This document shows positions 19,750 through 29,725 of a DNA stretch of 62,070 nt, piece by piece. Within the stretch, counting starts at the first letter, position 1, and the number at the start of each line of letters is the position of its first letter. Location: assembly GCA_019312665.1 (NCBI GenBank), contig JAFDCZ010000002.1, positions 1 through 62,070 on the forward strand, given 5' to 3'. Under the pieces are notes generated by a model. It did not search any database, had not been told where the DNA came from, and saw only the letters and a program-made list of their open reading frames with translations. Position numbers and translations under genes: made by a program. Source of the stretch: Deltaproteobacteria bacterium (GTDB lineage Bacteria; Myxococcota_A; UBA9160; UBA6930).

Positions 19750-21366
19750 ATGAGTCTACGAGGCACCGGACGAGGCGGACCCCTGCTCCGAACCCTGGAG
19801 ACCCTCCAGGTCCTGGGCGACAGCGGCTTCTTGAGCCCCCGATTCCTGGGAACCCTGCTTCCCGCGGCGCGAAAGTTCGGCAGCACGACCGCAGCTGGCT
19901 TTGCGGCCGCTGCAGCACGCAACCCGAACCTGCCGGCAGTGATCGACGACGCCGGAACGATGACGTTCAAGGAACTCGACGAAGCGACCAATGCCATCGC
20001 GCGAGGATTGCGTGCCGCGGGCGTGGGGCCGGGGGATGGCGTGGGGCTCTTCGCGCGCAATCACCGGGGGTTCGTCCAGGCCCAGATCGCACTCGACAAG
20101 CTCGGCGCCAATACCCTGCTGCTGAACACGGGCTTCGCGTCGCCCCAGCTGAAAGAAGTATGCGCCCGTGAAGGCACCCGGGTCATCCTCTACGACGAAG
20201 AGTTCCACGCCATCGTCGAGGGAGGTGCCAGCGACCACGTGGGCTTCCTAACGTGGACGGACTCGGACGACGTCTCTAAAAGGACGCTCGAACAGCTTGG
20301 CAGCTCCCACGACAGCGGGCCCATCGACGCACCGTCGCAGCCTGGCCGGACGACCATTCTCACCTCGGGGACGACCGGCACCCCGAAGGGCGCCCAACGC
20401 ACGATGAAGCGCCAGGGCGTCGACAGCCTGGTCGGGCTCTTCGGACGGATGCCCCTGCGGACCGGCACCCGCAACCTGATCGTGGCGCCTACCTTCCACT
20501 CCTGGGGCGGTATGCACCTGTTGCTCGCCTCTCAGCTTGGTTGTACAGCGATCCTCCAGCGACGATTCGACCCGGAAGACACCCTCGCGGCCATCGAAGA
20601 ACATCAGCCGCAGATCCTTGCGGTCGTACCGGTGATGATGCAACGCATTCTGGCGTTGGGGGATGACGTGATCAGCCGCTACGACACGTCATCGCTCGAA
20701 GCCGTGTGTGCCAGCGGCTCCGCCTTGCCGGGCGAATTGGCCCTGCGTTGGATGAACACCTTCGGCGACAACGTCTACAACCTCTACGGCTCGACCGAGG
20801 TGGCCCAGGCCTCGATCGCGATGCCCGATGAGCTTCGCTCGGCCCCAGGTACGGCAGGCCGCCCGCCCCGCGGCGTCACCGTCCGCATCATCGACAGCGA
20901 AGGCCGCGAAGTTCCCCAAGGCGTGACCGGACGCATCTTCGTCGGCAACGACAACCAGTTCGATGGGTACACAGGCGGTGGCAACAAAGAGATCGTCGAC
21001 GGCTTGATGTCGAGCGGTGATGTCGGCCATTTCGATGAGAACGGTCTGCTCTTCGTCGATGGCCGGGACGATGACATGATCATCTCCGGCGGCGAGAACG
21101 TCTTCCCCCGCGAGATCGAGGACCTGCTCGCGGACCACGAAGACGTGGTCGAAGCGGCGGTGCTAGGCGTCCCCGACGACGAATTCGGCCAGCGACTGAA
21201 AGGCTTCGTCGTTCTTCGCGAGGGCGCCCAGACGGATGAGGCCGGCCTGAAGACCTACGTGAAGAACCACCTGGCCCGTTACAAGGTGCCGCGCGAAATC
21301 ATCTTCCTGGACGCACTACCCCGGAACCCGACCGGAAAAGTCCTCAAACGAGACCTCGCCCAATAA
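19750..21366 (+). CDS. Acyl-CoA synthetase (AMP-forming; FadD2/FadD12-like)
   Basis: TSGTTGTPKG, YGSTE, SGDVG, GRDDDMIISGGENV, PRNPTGK. Confidence 0.93.
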   Translation: MSLRGTGRGGPLLRTLETLQVLGDSGFLSPRFLGTLLPAARKFGSTTAAGFAAAAARNPNLPAVIDDAGTMTFKELDEATNAIARGLRAAGVGPGDGVGLFARNHRGFVQAQIALDKLGANTLLLNTGFASPQLKEVCAREGTRVILYDEEFHAIVEGGASDHVGFLTWTDSDDVSKRTLEQLGSSHDSGPIDAPSQPGRTTILTSGTTGTPKGAQRTMKRQGVDSLVGLFGRMPLRTGTRNLIVAPTFHSWGGMHLLLASQLGCTAILQRRFDPEDTLAAIEEHQPQILAVVPVMMQRILALGDDVISRYDTSSLEAVCASGSALPGELALRWMNTFGDNVYNLYGSTEVAQASIAMPDELRSAPGTAGRPPRGVTVRIIDSEGREVPQGVTGRIFVGNDNQFDGYTGGGNKEIVDGLMSSGDVGHFDENGLLFVDGRDDDMIISGGENVFPREIEDLLADHEDVVEAAVLGVPDDEFGQRLKGFVVLREGAQTDEAGLKTYVKNHLARYKVPREIIFLDALPRNPTGKVLKRDLAQ

Positions 21367-21382
21367 GTCAACGAGCGGGGAC

Positions 21383-22297
21383 TTATTCGAGGCCGCCGTC
21401 GAAATCCTTGCCGTTCATGCCTGCGTTCATGCGGGCCTGCTTCACCATGTCGCGCACGATCGGGCCGAGGGTCGTCGGATCGGAAACCGGCGCGACGGTC
21501 GGGCCACGGTGCCAGCCCTCTGCGATGGCCAGTACGCTGCCCGAAGCTTCGAAGACGCGCCCGGTCACGTCACGGGATTCGGCGCTCGCGAGCCAGGTGA
21601 CAATCGGCGCGATCCAGCGAGGGCTCTGGGCTTCACGCATCTCGTCGGTGATCTCACCGGGCTGGAGATCCTCGGTAAGCCGCGTGAGAGCGCCGGGCGC
21701 GATGCAGTTCACGGTCACGCCGTAGCGCTTGAGCTCGCGGGAAGCGATGACGGTGAATGCTGCGATGCCCGCCTTGGCTGCGCCGTAGTTCGTCTGGCCC
21801 GGATTGCCATAGATCCCCGACACGGAACTCGTGTTGATCAGCCGGGCGTCGACCGGGTTGCCGGCCTTGCTCTGTTCTCGCCAGTAGCCCGCGGCGTGAT
21901 GGGCGGGAGCGAAGGTCCCCTTCAGGTGGACCTGGATCACCGCATCCCACTCACTTTCCTGCATGTTCACGAGCATCCGGTCGCGCAGGATGCCTGCGTT
22001 GTTCACCAACGCATCGAGCCGGCCGTAGCTTTCGATGGCCTGCTGGATCATCTCCTTCGCCTGACCGAAATCACTGACGTCGGAGCCATTGGCCACGGCT
22101 TCGCCGCCGGCGGCTTTGATCTCGTTCACGACCTCGTCCGCAGGGCCGAGATCCGCGCCTGTGCCGTCGCGGGCTCCGCCGAGATCGTTGACGATGACCT
22201 TCGCCCCGTGGTCTGCCAGCATCAGGGCATATTCGCGGCCGATGCCTCGCCCTGCACCGGTGACGATGACGACGCGATCTTCACAAAAAGAACTCAT
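21383..22297 (-). CDS. Short-chain dehydrogenase/reductase
   Basis: TGAGRGIG, NNAGILRD, YGAAK. Confidence 0.93.
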   Translation of the reverse strand: MSSFCEDRVVIVTGAGRGIGREYALMLADHGAKVIVNDLGGARDGTGADLGPADEVVNEIKAAGGEAVANGSDVSDFGQAKEMIQQAIESYGRLDALVNNAGILRDRMLVNMQESEWDAVIQVHLKGTFAPAHHAAGYWREQSKAGNPVDARLINTSSVSGIYGNPGQTNYGAAKAGIAAFTVIASRELKRYGVTVNCIAPGALTRLTEDLQPGEITDEMREAQSPRWIAPIVTWLASAESRDVTGRVFEASGSVLAIAEGWHRGPTVAPVSDPTTLGPIVRDMVKQARMNAGMNGKDFDGGLE

Positions 22298-22387
22298 GGC
22301 GTTTCCTCCATTCGAGGGTATGACGGTAGCGCGTCTGGCCCTGCCGGGCAGGGAACGGAGAGCGCGCCCTGCCTGCCTCGCCCGAAA

Positions 22388-24004
22388 TCAGGCGAGGGCG
22401 TCTTCCACCGTCTGGCGCGCCCATGGGTAGTCCGCTTTCCCGTTCGGCGCGCGACGCACTTCATCGACCACGAAGAGCTGCTTCGGCACTTTGAAGGATG
22501 CGAGATTCCCCTTTGTGAACTCGCGCAGGGCTTCACCATCGACGCTCGCACCCGGGCGAAGAGAGGCGACGCCGGTAACCCGTTGCCCGAACTTCTCGTC
22601 CTCGACTCCCACGACCAGGCAGTCCACCACGTCCGGATGCTGCTTGACCGCTTCCTCCACCTCTTCCGGGTAGACCTTCTCGCCGGCCGTATTGATGCAA
22701 TTCGAGCCTCGGCCGAGAAGCGTCAGGCTGCCGTCGGCCTCGACGATCGCCCAATCGCCGGGGAAGGAGTAGCGCACCCCGTCGATGGTCTTGAAGGTGG
22801 CGCGGCTCTTGGCTTCGTCTTTGTAGTAGCCGAGCGGAACGCTTCCACCAGCAGCCACCATGCCCGACTCACCGGAACCCGGCACGATCTCCCGGCCATC
22901 CTCGGCGAAGACCTTGGTCGTGGGGTTCATGGCGAACTTGGCTGTCTCACCGATGTTTCCGCGCGTGGTGATCTGGGTGCCCATGGCGCCCTCGCTGGAG
23001 CCCATGGCGTCGATCAGCACGAACCCGTGATGCTCGAGCAACTGCGCTTTCACTTCCGATGTCCACATCACCCCGGAGGAGACGACGCGTTTCACGCAGC
23101 TGGGGTCGTAGGGCTGGCCCTTCTGCTTGGCCTCGGCGAGCGCTCGCAGCATGGGTTTGGCGAACGCATCCCCAACGATGACGAGCTGTCCCGCCTGCTC
23201 ACGCTGTGCCGTGGCCCATAGCTCGTGCGCATCGAACGAACTCTCGGTCAGCATCACCACGCGGGCGCCAGCACAATGGGGGACCATCGCGCCGAGCCAC
23301 ATCCCGGTGCCATGCATCAGAGGGCAAGCCGGAATCGAAACCTCCCCGCTTCCCTCGTCCCACATCTTCTTCGTGAGCGCAGGGATCGCATCGGCCTCGG
23401 GAATTCCGTGCTCGCCAAACATGAACGCATACGGGATGAATCCCTGGAGCATCCCCCCGATGTCGTACATCACGCCCTTGGGCATACCGGTCGTGCCGCC
23501 GGTGTACAGCATGTAGACGTCGTCCGGGGATCGCGTGATGCGCGGGGCCGGATCATGGCCGGCGACCAACGCCTCGTAGGGAATCGCACCATCGACGGAT
23601 TCCCCGCCATCGTCGACTTCCACCCACAGCTTCACCTTGGGCGCTTTGTCTTTCACGCGGGCAACGCGCTCCCCGAGGCTCGAGTGGAAGACCAACACTT
23701 CGGCGTCCGAGTTCTCGAGCAGGTAGAGAAGCTCGTCGTCCAGGTAGCGGTAGTTGATGTTGATCGGAACGTGACGGCCCTTGAACGCGCCGAACTGGGT
23801 CTCCAGATACTCGTTTCCGTTGTACAGGTAGAGGCCGACCTTCGCGCCGGGCTCGAGCCCGGCCGCTGAGAAGGCGGAGGCGATGCGCGATGCGCGATCG
23901 TCGTACTCGCTCCAGGTGCGTCGATTCTCGCCGCACACCAGCGCATCCCGATCTCCGATCTGGTCAGCGATGGCCTCCCAGAGTGTCGCGTAATGCATTT
24001 CCAT
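22388..24004 (-). CDS. Acyl-CoA synthetase (FadD19-like)
   Basis: YTGGTTGMPKG, GSSE, PGD, GRGSNCINTAGEKVYPEEVE, PNGKADY. Confidence 0.9.
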   Translation of the reverse strand: MEMHYATLWEAIADQIGDRDALVCGENRRTWSEYDDRASRIASAFSAAGLEPGAKVGLYLYNGNEYLETQFGAFKGRHVPININYRYLDDELLYLLENSDAEVLVFHSSLGERVARVKDKAPKVKLWVEVDDGGESVDGAIPYEALVAGHDPAPRITRSPDDVYMLYTGGTTGMPKGVMYDIGGMLQGFIPYAFMFGEHGIPEADAIPALTKKMWDEGSGEVSIPACPLMHGTGMWLGAMVPHCAGARVVMLTESSFDAHELWATAQREQAGQLVIVGDAFAKPMLRALAEAKQKGQPYDPSCVKRVVSSGVMWTSEVKAQLLEHHGFVLIDAMGSSEGAMGTQITTRGNIGETAKFAMNPTTKVFAEDGREIVPGSGESGMVAAGGSVPLGYYKDEAKSRATFKTIDGVRYSFPGDWAIVEADGSLTLLGRGSNCINTAGEKVYPEEVEEAVKQHPDVVDCLVVGVEDEKFGQRVTGVASLRPGASVDGEALREFTKGNLASFKVPKQLFVVDEVRRAPNGKADYPWARQTVEDALA

Positions 24005-24006
24005 CT

Positions 24007-24912
24007 CTACTTCTCCTCAGTACGGTAGTCGCCGAATTTTTCGTCACGCTCCTGGAGCGCACCCGTCAGCTTCCCCTTGCCGGGGCCGATCTTGTTGATG
24101 AACTCGTGAAAGCTGGGCTGGTGGGTGGCAAGGGTGCAGAGTTCCGTGCCCTGGCGAATGCCAGCCCGGAAACCCATCGCATCCATCTGGCGATGCACCG
24201 CTCGTTTGTTCAGCTGGACGATATCCGGCGGCAACGCCGCCATCCGCTCGGCCATCTCGAGGGTCTTGGCTTCGAGCTCTTCGGCCGGAAAGACCCGGGT
24301 GGCCCACCCCCGTTTCTCCGCCTCGATGCCGTTGATCGAATCGCCGGTAAGCATCATCTCCATGCCCTTGCGCATGCCGACGAGCCAGGCGTGGAATTGC
24401 ATGTCCGGCACGCCGAAGCGCACGGCCGGGTAACCCATCTGAGCATCCTCGGCCATGTAAATGACATCGCAACCGGTGGCGAGTTCACTGCCTCCGGCCA
24501 GGCAATAGCCGTGTACCTGCGCGATCACCGGCTTCGAGAGATCCCAGATCGACATCCAACCTTCGGTGACATGGCGTGGCCATTGGCCTTCGCCGCCGGC
24601 CGTGAAGAAGGGGTACTCGAGGCCTTCGTTACCTCCGCCCAGATCGTACCCGGCGGAGAAACTCGGCCCGGCACCCCGAACGATCATCACATGGATGTCT
24701 GCATCCTGGTCTCCCTGCTGCAAGGCATGGAGCACCTGGCCGCGCAGGGCGTGGTTGAGGGCGTTGCGCTTTTCCGGGCGGTTCATCGTGATGCGCCGGA
24801 CGTGAGGTGCCGGATCGTCGACGAGGACGACGGTGTAGTCCGAGGCGGATTCGGGCTGGCTCACATTCGCGTTGCGGTCGGCGTAGGGATTGGCGTTGGT
24901 TTCGCTGTTCAT
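24007..24912 (-). CDS. Enoyl-CoA hydratase/isomerase family protein
   Basis: NRPEKRNAL, FSAGYDL, KPVIAQVHGYCLAGG. GGAGG before ATG 24912. Confidence 0.9.
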   Translation of the reverse strand: MNSETNANPYADRNANVSQPESASDYTVVLVDDPAPHVRRITMNRPEKRNALNHALRGQVLHALQQGDQDADIHVMIVRGAGPSFSAGYDLGGGNEGLEYPFFTAGGEGQWPRHVTEGWMSIWDLSKPVIAQVHGYCLAGGSELATGCDVIYMAEDAQMGYPAVRFGVPDMQFHAWLVGMRKGMEMMLTGDSINGIEAEKRGWATRVFPAEELEAKTLEMAERMAALPPDIVQLNKRAVHRQMDAMGFRAGIRQGTELCTLATHQPSFHEFINKIGPGKGKLTGALQERDEKFGDYRTEEK

Positions 24913-24988
24913 TTTTCCTCCGAGGCGATCGATTGCACTCGACCCCTTCGGTGCTGTCAAGATGCCACGTCCGGCGTACTCTTCCAGA

Positions 24989-25624
24989 ATGCGCTCGGAT
25001 GCCATCGACCAGCTCCTGAGCAGCTATCTCAAGCAGCCGGTCCGGTTGAGCTGGAAAGGCGCCGCCTCGGACGCCATCCGGGGGACTTTCGAACGGCCGC
25101 GGGTAGAGCTGGGCGGGCTGGCGACCGCGTGGGTGCCCTTCGAAGAGGTCGTGCTGGATGCCGACCGGGTGACCTTCCGTCCAGGTGTGCCTGCACGCCT
25201 GGGGATCGAGACGCCTCGCATCGAACTGGCGGTGGGGCAAGGCGAAATCGACAAATGGATGAGCCGCCTGCAGCTCCCGTTCCGTCTGGTGCTGGAAGAA
25301 ACCTCCCTGATCGTGAAGACGAGGATCGCTGGCTTCCCGGTCGGCGAACTCGAAGCCAGGCTCGACATCGTCGGCGGCTGGTTCGTGTTGAAGCCCCGCC
25401 GCGCCTCGATCCTTGGCATCCCGGGCGCCCTTGCGCCTCTCTTCCGAACCTACCTTCCGCTGCCTCCCCTCCCACGAGATGCGCGCTTGATCGCCATCGA
25501 CCACGAGCCGGGCCTGCTTCGCCTGACCCTCGAAGCGGACGATTTCGAAGAGCGGATCACTCCGGGCCTCGTGAGTCGCCTGCAAAAGCGGATGATGCCT
25601 GGCACAGGTTTCGGGCCGTCATGA
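24989..25624 (+). CDS. Hypothetical protein (possible LmeA/DUF2993-like lipid-binding fold)
   Basis: Coding-like ORF filling the gap; beta-rich pattern; TACTCT 6 nt before ATG 24989. Family call is weak. Confidence 0.55.
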   Translation: MRSDAIDQLLSSYLKQPVRLSWKGAASDAIRGTFERPRVELGGLATAWVPFEEVVLDADRVTFRPGVPARLGIETPRIELAVGQGEIDKWMSRLQLPFRLVLEETSLIVKTRIAGFPVGELEARLDIVGGWFVLKPRRASILGIPGALAPLFRTYLPLPPLPRDARLIAIDHEPGLLRLTLEADDFEERITPGLVSRLQKRMMPGTGFGPS

Positions 25625-25679
25625 GCGGCTCGTCGTGCCGAACGATCTCTGCCTGGGAGCAGGAGCTGAGGCCCCAGGG

Positions 25680-26285
25680 CTAGGCGAGTAGCCGGCGCAA
25701 CGTTCCTTCGATGACGGTGGAGGCGCGGTTTCGGCTGAGCCGCTGCTCGGATCGGAGGCGGTCCCAGGCCTCGGACGAAGTCGCCAGCTCGGCGGCGTCG
25801 GTCAGTTCGGAATCCCGTTGCTCGAGCTCCGGGAGCCACCGCAGGAGATTCGTGCGCAACTCGCGAACGTCGGTCGCGTGCCGACCCCGCAGATAGTGGG
25901 AGCGCCAGCGATGAAGCGCCGCGGACCGATGGTAGGGCGAAAACCGCTCGAAGAGATCTGCCCGCCGCGCAACCAACGCCACGATTCGCTCCTCGAGCCC
26001 GCCCTCAGGTTGGCCACCTCTCAGCAGTGGACGAAGCTCGACCCGTAGCCGCACGTCCATCTCCGCGTAGAGGGTCTCCATATCCGAGAAATGGCGGAAC
26101 ACGGTGCGGATCCCGACGCCCGCACGTTCTGCCACTTGTTGCGCCGTGGGCCGCGGGCTGCCCTCCCCGATCAACGCCATCAAGGCCTGGACGATCGCCT
26201 GCCGACTTCGCTCCGAGCGCCGGGCGCGGCCATCGGAGCTGGTGGCCTCAGACGAAGGAGCGGTACCGGGAGCGGAACGGGCCAT
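25680..26285 (-). CDS. TetR/AcrR family regulator
   Basis: DGRARRSERSR; PTAQQVAERAGVGIRTVFRHF HTH. Confidence 0.92.
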   Translation of the reverse strand: MARSAPGTAPSSEATSSDGRARRSERSRQAIVQALMALIGEGSPRPTAQQVAERAGVGIRTVFRHFSDMETLYAEMDVRLRVELRPLLRGGQPEGGLEERIVALVARRADLFERFSPYHRSAALHRWRSHYLRGRHATDVRELRTNLLRWLPELEQRDSELTDAAELATSSEAWDRLRSEQRLSRNRASTVIEGTLRRLLA

Positions 26286-26294
26286 GCCAAGAAG

Positions 26295-26313
26295 ATGGCA
26301 GAAACCGTGCCAT
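26295..26313. promoter_or_regulatory. Candidate TetR autoregulatory operator
   Basis: ATGGCA-N7-TGCCAT inverted repeat overlapping a TGcCATCTT extended -10 just upstream of the TetR ATG. Confidence 0.55.
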
Positions 26314-26364
26314 AACTCGACCCCGAAATAGGCTGCGCTTGGAGGCCCTGGCCCGGAGGCCCGC

Positions 26365-27039
26365 TCAACGAAGGAAGGCGTAGCCCTCCAGAAGCGCCTC
26401 CCTCCCGCCGACTTCGACGATATCGCCGTGGGCCACGATCACGCGCTCGAAAGGCCATTCGAGAATCCGATCGAAGGACGAGCGGAAGGCGGTTCGATCC
26501 CGGATGCCGAAGCGCTCCAGCAGGGTGGGAGAAAGCAAACCTTTCACACCTGCCAGGCGCAAGGCGAAACGGGTGCCGACGGAGAAGCTCGGCGATGGAT
26601 TGAATGCGAGATCCGTGGCCACGAGGGTTGCCGTCGGCGGGTGGTAGAAGACGACTTCGTTTGCGAGCGGGAACCCTTTGACAACCACTTGCTCAATGTG
26701 GCCCGCCCAGGCCGCGGGGGCTTCGTCTCCGAGCACCTCTGCGGGCATCAGATCCGGCCGCTTGCTCGCGAGGCCAGGCGCAAGATGGAGCGACGCATCG
26801 GGAAACGCATCTCGCCAACCCCCAATGAACATGTGATGGAAACGCGTTGGTGCGATCAACGCCGCGGGTTCGCCCAGGGCCCGAACGGCCTCGAGCCGTT
26901 CGTCCGTCGCTTCGATCGGCGAGTGGATCCACAGACCTCCGGTCGGCAGCCGGATCACGGTCATACGCGTGCCGATCTCCATCCCCACGAACCGGAGCGG
27001 CTGCTGGTCCGCCCAGAGGTCCGTTGCCAGCGTCTGCAT
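26365..27039 (-). CDS. DUF4336 domain protein
   Basis: TRMTVIRL..GGLWIHSP, APTRFHH, EVVFYH..TLVATDL, WPFERVIVAHG. Confidence 0.85.
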   Translation of the reverse strand: MQTLATDLWADQQPLRFVGMEIGTRMTVIRLPTGGLWIHSPIEATDERLEAVRALGEPAALIAPTRFHHMFIGGWRDAFPDASLHLAPGLASKRPDLMPAEVLGDEAPAAWAGHIEQVVVKGFPLANEVVFYHPPTATLVATDLAFNPSPSFSVGTRFALRLAGVKGLLSPTLLERFGIRDRTAFRSSFDRILEWPFERVIVAHGDIVEVGGREALLEGYAFLR

Positions 27040-27164
27040 CCAGCGAGTATCGATCACCCGCAAGGACAACGCCAAGGGCTCGAAAAACCATCACAACTCC
27101 AGTTGTGACGAAGGTCATGCATCCATGCGGCTGCTCTTCCGTTGGTTTCGAAAGGGGGGATGCA

Positions 27165-27905
27165 ATGCAGAAGCGCGCTCAACGGGCCGTACTCTTGTTG
27201 GATGTGGGACAGAGCTCACTCGCGATCCTTGCGGCTCGAATCAGCCGGATCGGTTTCCGCACCGTGCGCGTCAAGACGCCAGAGGAAGCCATCCCGGTGC
27301 TCGCGGATCCGCGCTTCTCAGTGCATGCGCTCGTGGTACCTCCAGACCTGCCCGTCGCAGACTTGAAGGCGACAGTTTCCGCGTTGCGCCTGGCATCGCC
27401 CCGGGAAGCGCTCGCCATCCTCGTCAGCCTTCCACGTCGGACGCCCAAGCATGAGCGCGAACGGTTGGTCCGTGCGGGAATCGCCCTGCCCTTGTACGAC
27501 CCGATCGACGCCCACACGCTTCGTTTTCAGCTGAACCGCGGTATCGCAGGTGAGATTCCAGCCCGCCGCGAGCGGGCTGGACGAAGGGCACCCTCCAGCC
27601 ATGAGGTCACGCTGCGAATTCGACGCAGGCGGCGTCCCGCTCGGCTGTACACGTTCTCGCCGCGCGGCGCCTTCCTCGTCTGTGAGGCGCCCGCCCTCCG
27701 CAAGACCCGTCTCGAACTCGAGTTCGGCATCCCAGGGCTTCCCCGTCGCATCGCCAGCGAAGTCGTGATGACCAATGTCGCGGGCAATCTGTCGCGAGCC
27801 GATCTGCCCCGGGGCATGGCGATCCGCTTCGGTCGCATCGAATCCGATCACGAGACGGCGTTGGAGTTGCTCGTGGACAAGGTGTTGAGGCGCCTCGAGT
27901 TGTAG
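27165..27905 (+). CDS. Pseudo-receiver + PilZ-like domain protein
   Basis: RRERAGRR followed by TFSPRGAF and GMAIRF. The N-terminal alpha/beta segment is receiver-like without clear phospho-site residues. Confidence 0.6.
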   Translation: MQKRAQRAVLLLDVGQSSLAILAARISRIGFRTVRVKTPEEAIPVLADPRFSVHALVVPPDLPVADLKATVSALRLASPREALAILVSLPRRTPKHERERLVRAGIALPLYDPIDAHTLRFQLNRGIAGEIPARRERAGRRAPSSHEVTLRIRRRRRPARLYTFSPRGAFLVCEAPALRKTRLELEFGIPGLPRRIASEVVMTNVAGNLSRADLPRGMAIRFGRIESDHETALELLVDKVLRRLEL

Positions 27906-28183
27906 GCCCACGACCTGCCCGGAGGGGACGCAGGTGTTTGCCGGTCGGAAGAGACGGACCGATGTGCGGTTTCGGCTGTCGTTCTGCGCACGGCCTGCAG
28001 ATCTGTTGCGTAGCCGTGCAGAAATTCTCAGCGAGTGTTCACTTTGGGGTTAATTCCACCCGAACTGCAGCCGAAGAGCCTTCCACAACCACACGCCTTT
28101 CGAGTTACTGCGCGAGCGGATCGGAATGGAGACGACGTACGCCTCCCCCATCCGGCCGGACGCGGACCGGAAAGGATGTTTCG

Positions 28184-28834
28184 ATGTTCCGTGTCTTTCT
28201 TGTTTCGGCGTTCCTCCTGGCCGCCTCTCACGCCACGGCCGCCACGATCATCACCAGCTCTCTCGATGCCGCCCTCTCGGGTGCCACGGTGATCGATTTC
28301 AACGGGGAAGCGGACGGCACCAATTTCATGAACGCGTCCGTCGGCGCGCTCACGGTGCTGAGCAACGCCAACACGCTGCGCTTCGATGACGACTGGGCCA
28401 CCCAGTTCGGCACCACCGGAATCGCCCTCGAGACCCGCTCCGGCGGTGCGGCCGACGACCTCGAACTGGTCTTCGCCGTGCCTGTGACCGCCTTCGGCTT
28501 CGACATCACGGCACTCGACATCGACCTCACGATGAACCTCTTCGATGCGATGAACAATCTGATCGACTCGTTCACGATCGCGAATCAGCCGGGCCAAGGC
28601 CTGACCGGGTTCAACCGTCGCAGCTATACGGGTGCCAGCTCCGCGACGCCGATCGCCCGCGTACAGCTCATGATCGCGGCGCAGCACGATTGGTTCCTGG
28701 TCGACAACGTTGCCATGGTCGCCGCGGTGCCCGAGGCGGCGACGGGCTTGTTGCTGGCGGCAGGGATCCTCGGCCTGGCCTTGGCCGGAAATGGCAGCTC
28801 GATCGGAATGAGGCGAGCGCGCGGCGACAACTGA
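28184..28834 (+). CDS. PEP-CTERM sorting-domain surface protein
   Basis: Signal peptide; C-terminal VPEAATGLLLAAGILGLALAG...MRRAR. Confidence 0.8.
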   Translation: MFRVFLVSAFLLAASHATAATIITSSLDAALSGATVIDFNGEADGTNFMNASVGALTVLSNANTLRFDDDWATQFGTTGIALETRSGGAADDLELVFAVPVTAFGFDITALDIDLTMNLFDAMNNLIDSFTIANQPGQGLTGFNRRSYTGASSATPIARVQLMIAAQHDWFLVDNVAMVAAVPEAATGLLLAAGILGLALAGNGSSIGMRRARGDN

Positions 28835-28867
28835 ACCGGGCCACTGCGTTGAGCTAGGCTCGCTGTC

Positions 28868-29725
28868 ATGGCACTCGGACGAATCACCTCCCTCCATCGT
28901 CACCCGGTCAAGAGCCTCGGCGGAGAAGACCGCTCGTCGGTCTTTCTCGGCGCAGGCGGAATTCCGGGCGACCGCTCCTGGGCCGTGCGCGACGAGCAAC
29001 GCGGCGGAATCCAGGGAGGAAAGAAGATCCCGGCCCTGATGGATTGTACGGCGCAGTTCCTGGAGGAACCGAAGGAGGGTCAGATCCCGGCGCCGGAGAT
29101 CCGCCTTTCCAGTGGCGAATCCTTTCTCGCGGACGCGGCAGATGCCGCGTCCCGCCTGGGAGCCTGCGTAGGCCGAGAGGTGACGATCTGGCCCCTTGTC
29201 CCCGCGGAAGCCCTTGATCACTACCGGCGTGCTGCGCCGGACGACCCGGATCTCGAGAAGGAGCTGCGCGCGATCTTCGGGCGACGACCCGACGAGCCGC
29301 TGCCGGATCTGGGCAAGTTCCCGCCGGAACTCATGCAATACGAATCGCCCCCCGGCACCTACTTCGACGCCTTCCCTCTGCTGCTGATGACGACGAACTC
29401 ACTCGCGTCGATGCAGAAGGCCCATCCCGAATCCAGATTCGACGTGCGCCGCTTCCGACCGAACCTGGTGATCGACACCGAAGACGATGAGCCCTTTCCC
29501 GAGCTCGCATGGGCCGGCCGGAGGCTGCGCATTGGCGGTGCCATCGTGCGCATCGAGATGGAGTGCCCTCGCTGCGTGATGACGACCCATGGCTTCTCGG
29601 ACTTGCCGAAGGATCCGGGCATCATGCGTGCACTCGTCGAGGAGACAGGCGGAAACCTGGGCGCCTACGCAAGCATCGAGGAACCCGGCGACGTGAGCGT
29701 CGGCGATGAGGTCGCGCTTCTCTAG
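28868..29725 (+). CDS. MOSC domain protein
   Basis: HPVKSLGGE, GDRSWA, FDAFPLLL, RRFRPNL, CPRCVMTT. Confidence 0.92.
   Translation: MALGRITSLHRHPVKSLGGEDRSSVFLGAGGIPGDRSWAVRDEQRGGIQGGKKIPALMDCTAQFLEEPKEGQIPAPEIRLSSGESFLADAADAASRLGACVGREVTIWPLVPAEALDHYRRAAPDDPDLEKELRAIFGRRPDEPLPDLGKFPPELMQYESPPGTYFDAFPLLLMTTNSLASMQKAHPESRFDVRRFRPNLVIDTEDDEPFPELAWAGRRLRIGGAIVRIEMECPRCVMTTHGFSDLPKDPGIMRALVEETGGNLGAYASIEEPGDVSVGDEVALL

Noticed and set aside
27908-27965. c-di-GMP-I riboswitch (contains GGGACGCA)
   Set aside because: It lacks the GCAAA/GNRA tetraloop and P2 arrangement; only a generic hairpin is visible.
27938-28183. Sigma54 promoter for the PEP-CTERM gene
   Set aside because: No TGGCAC-N5-TTGC match found.
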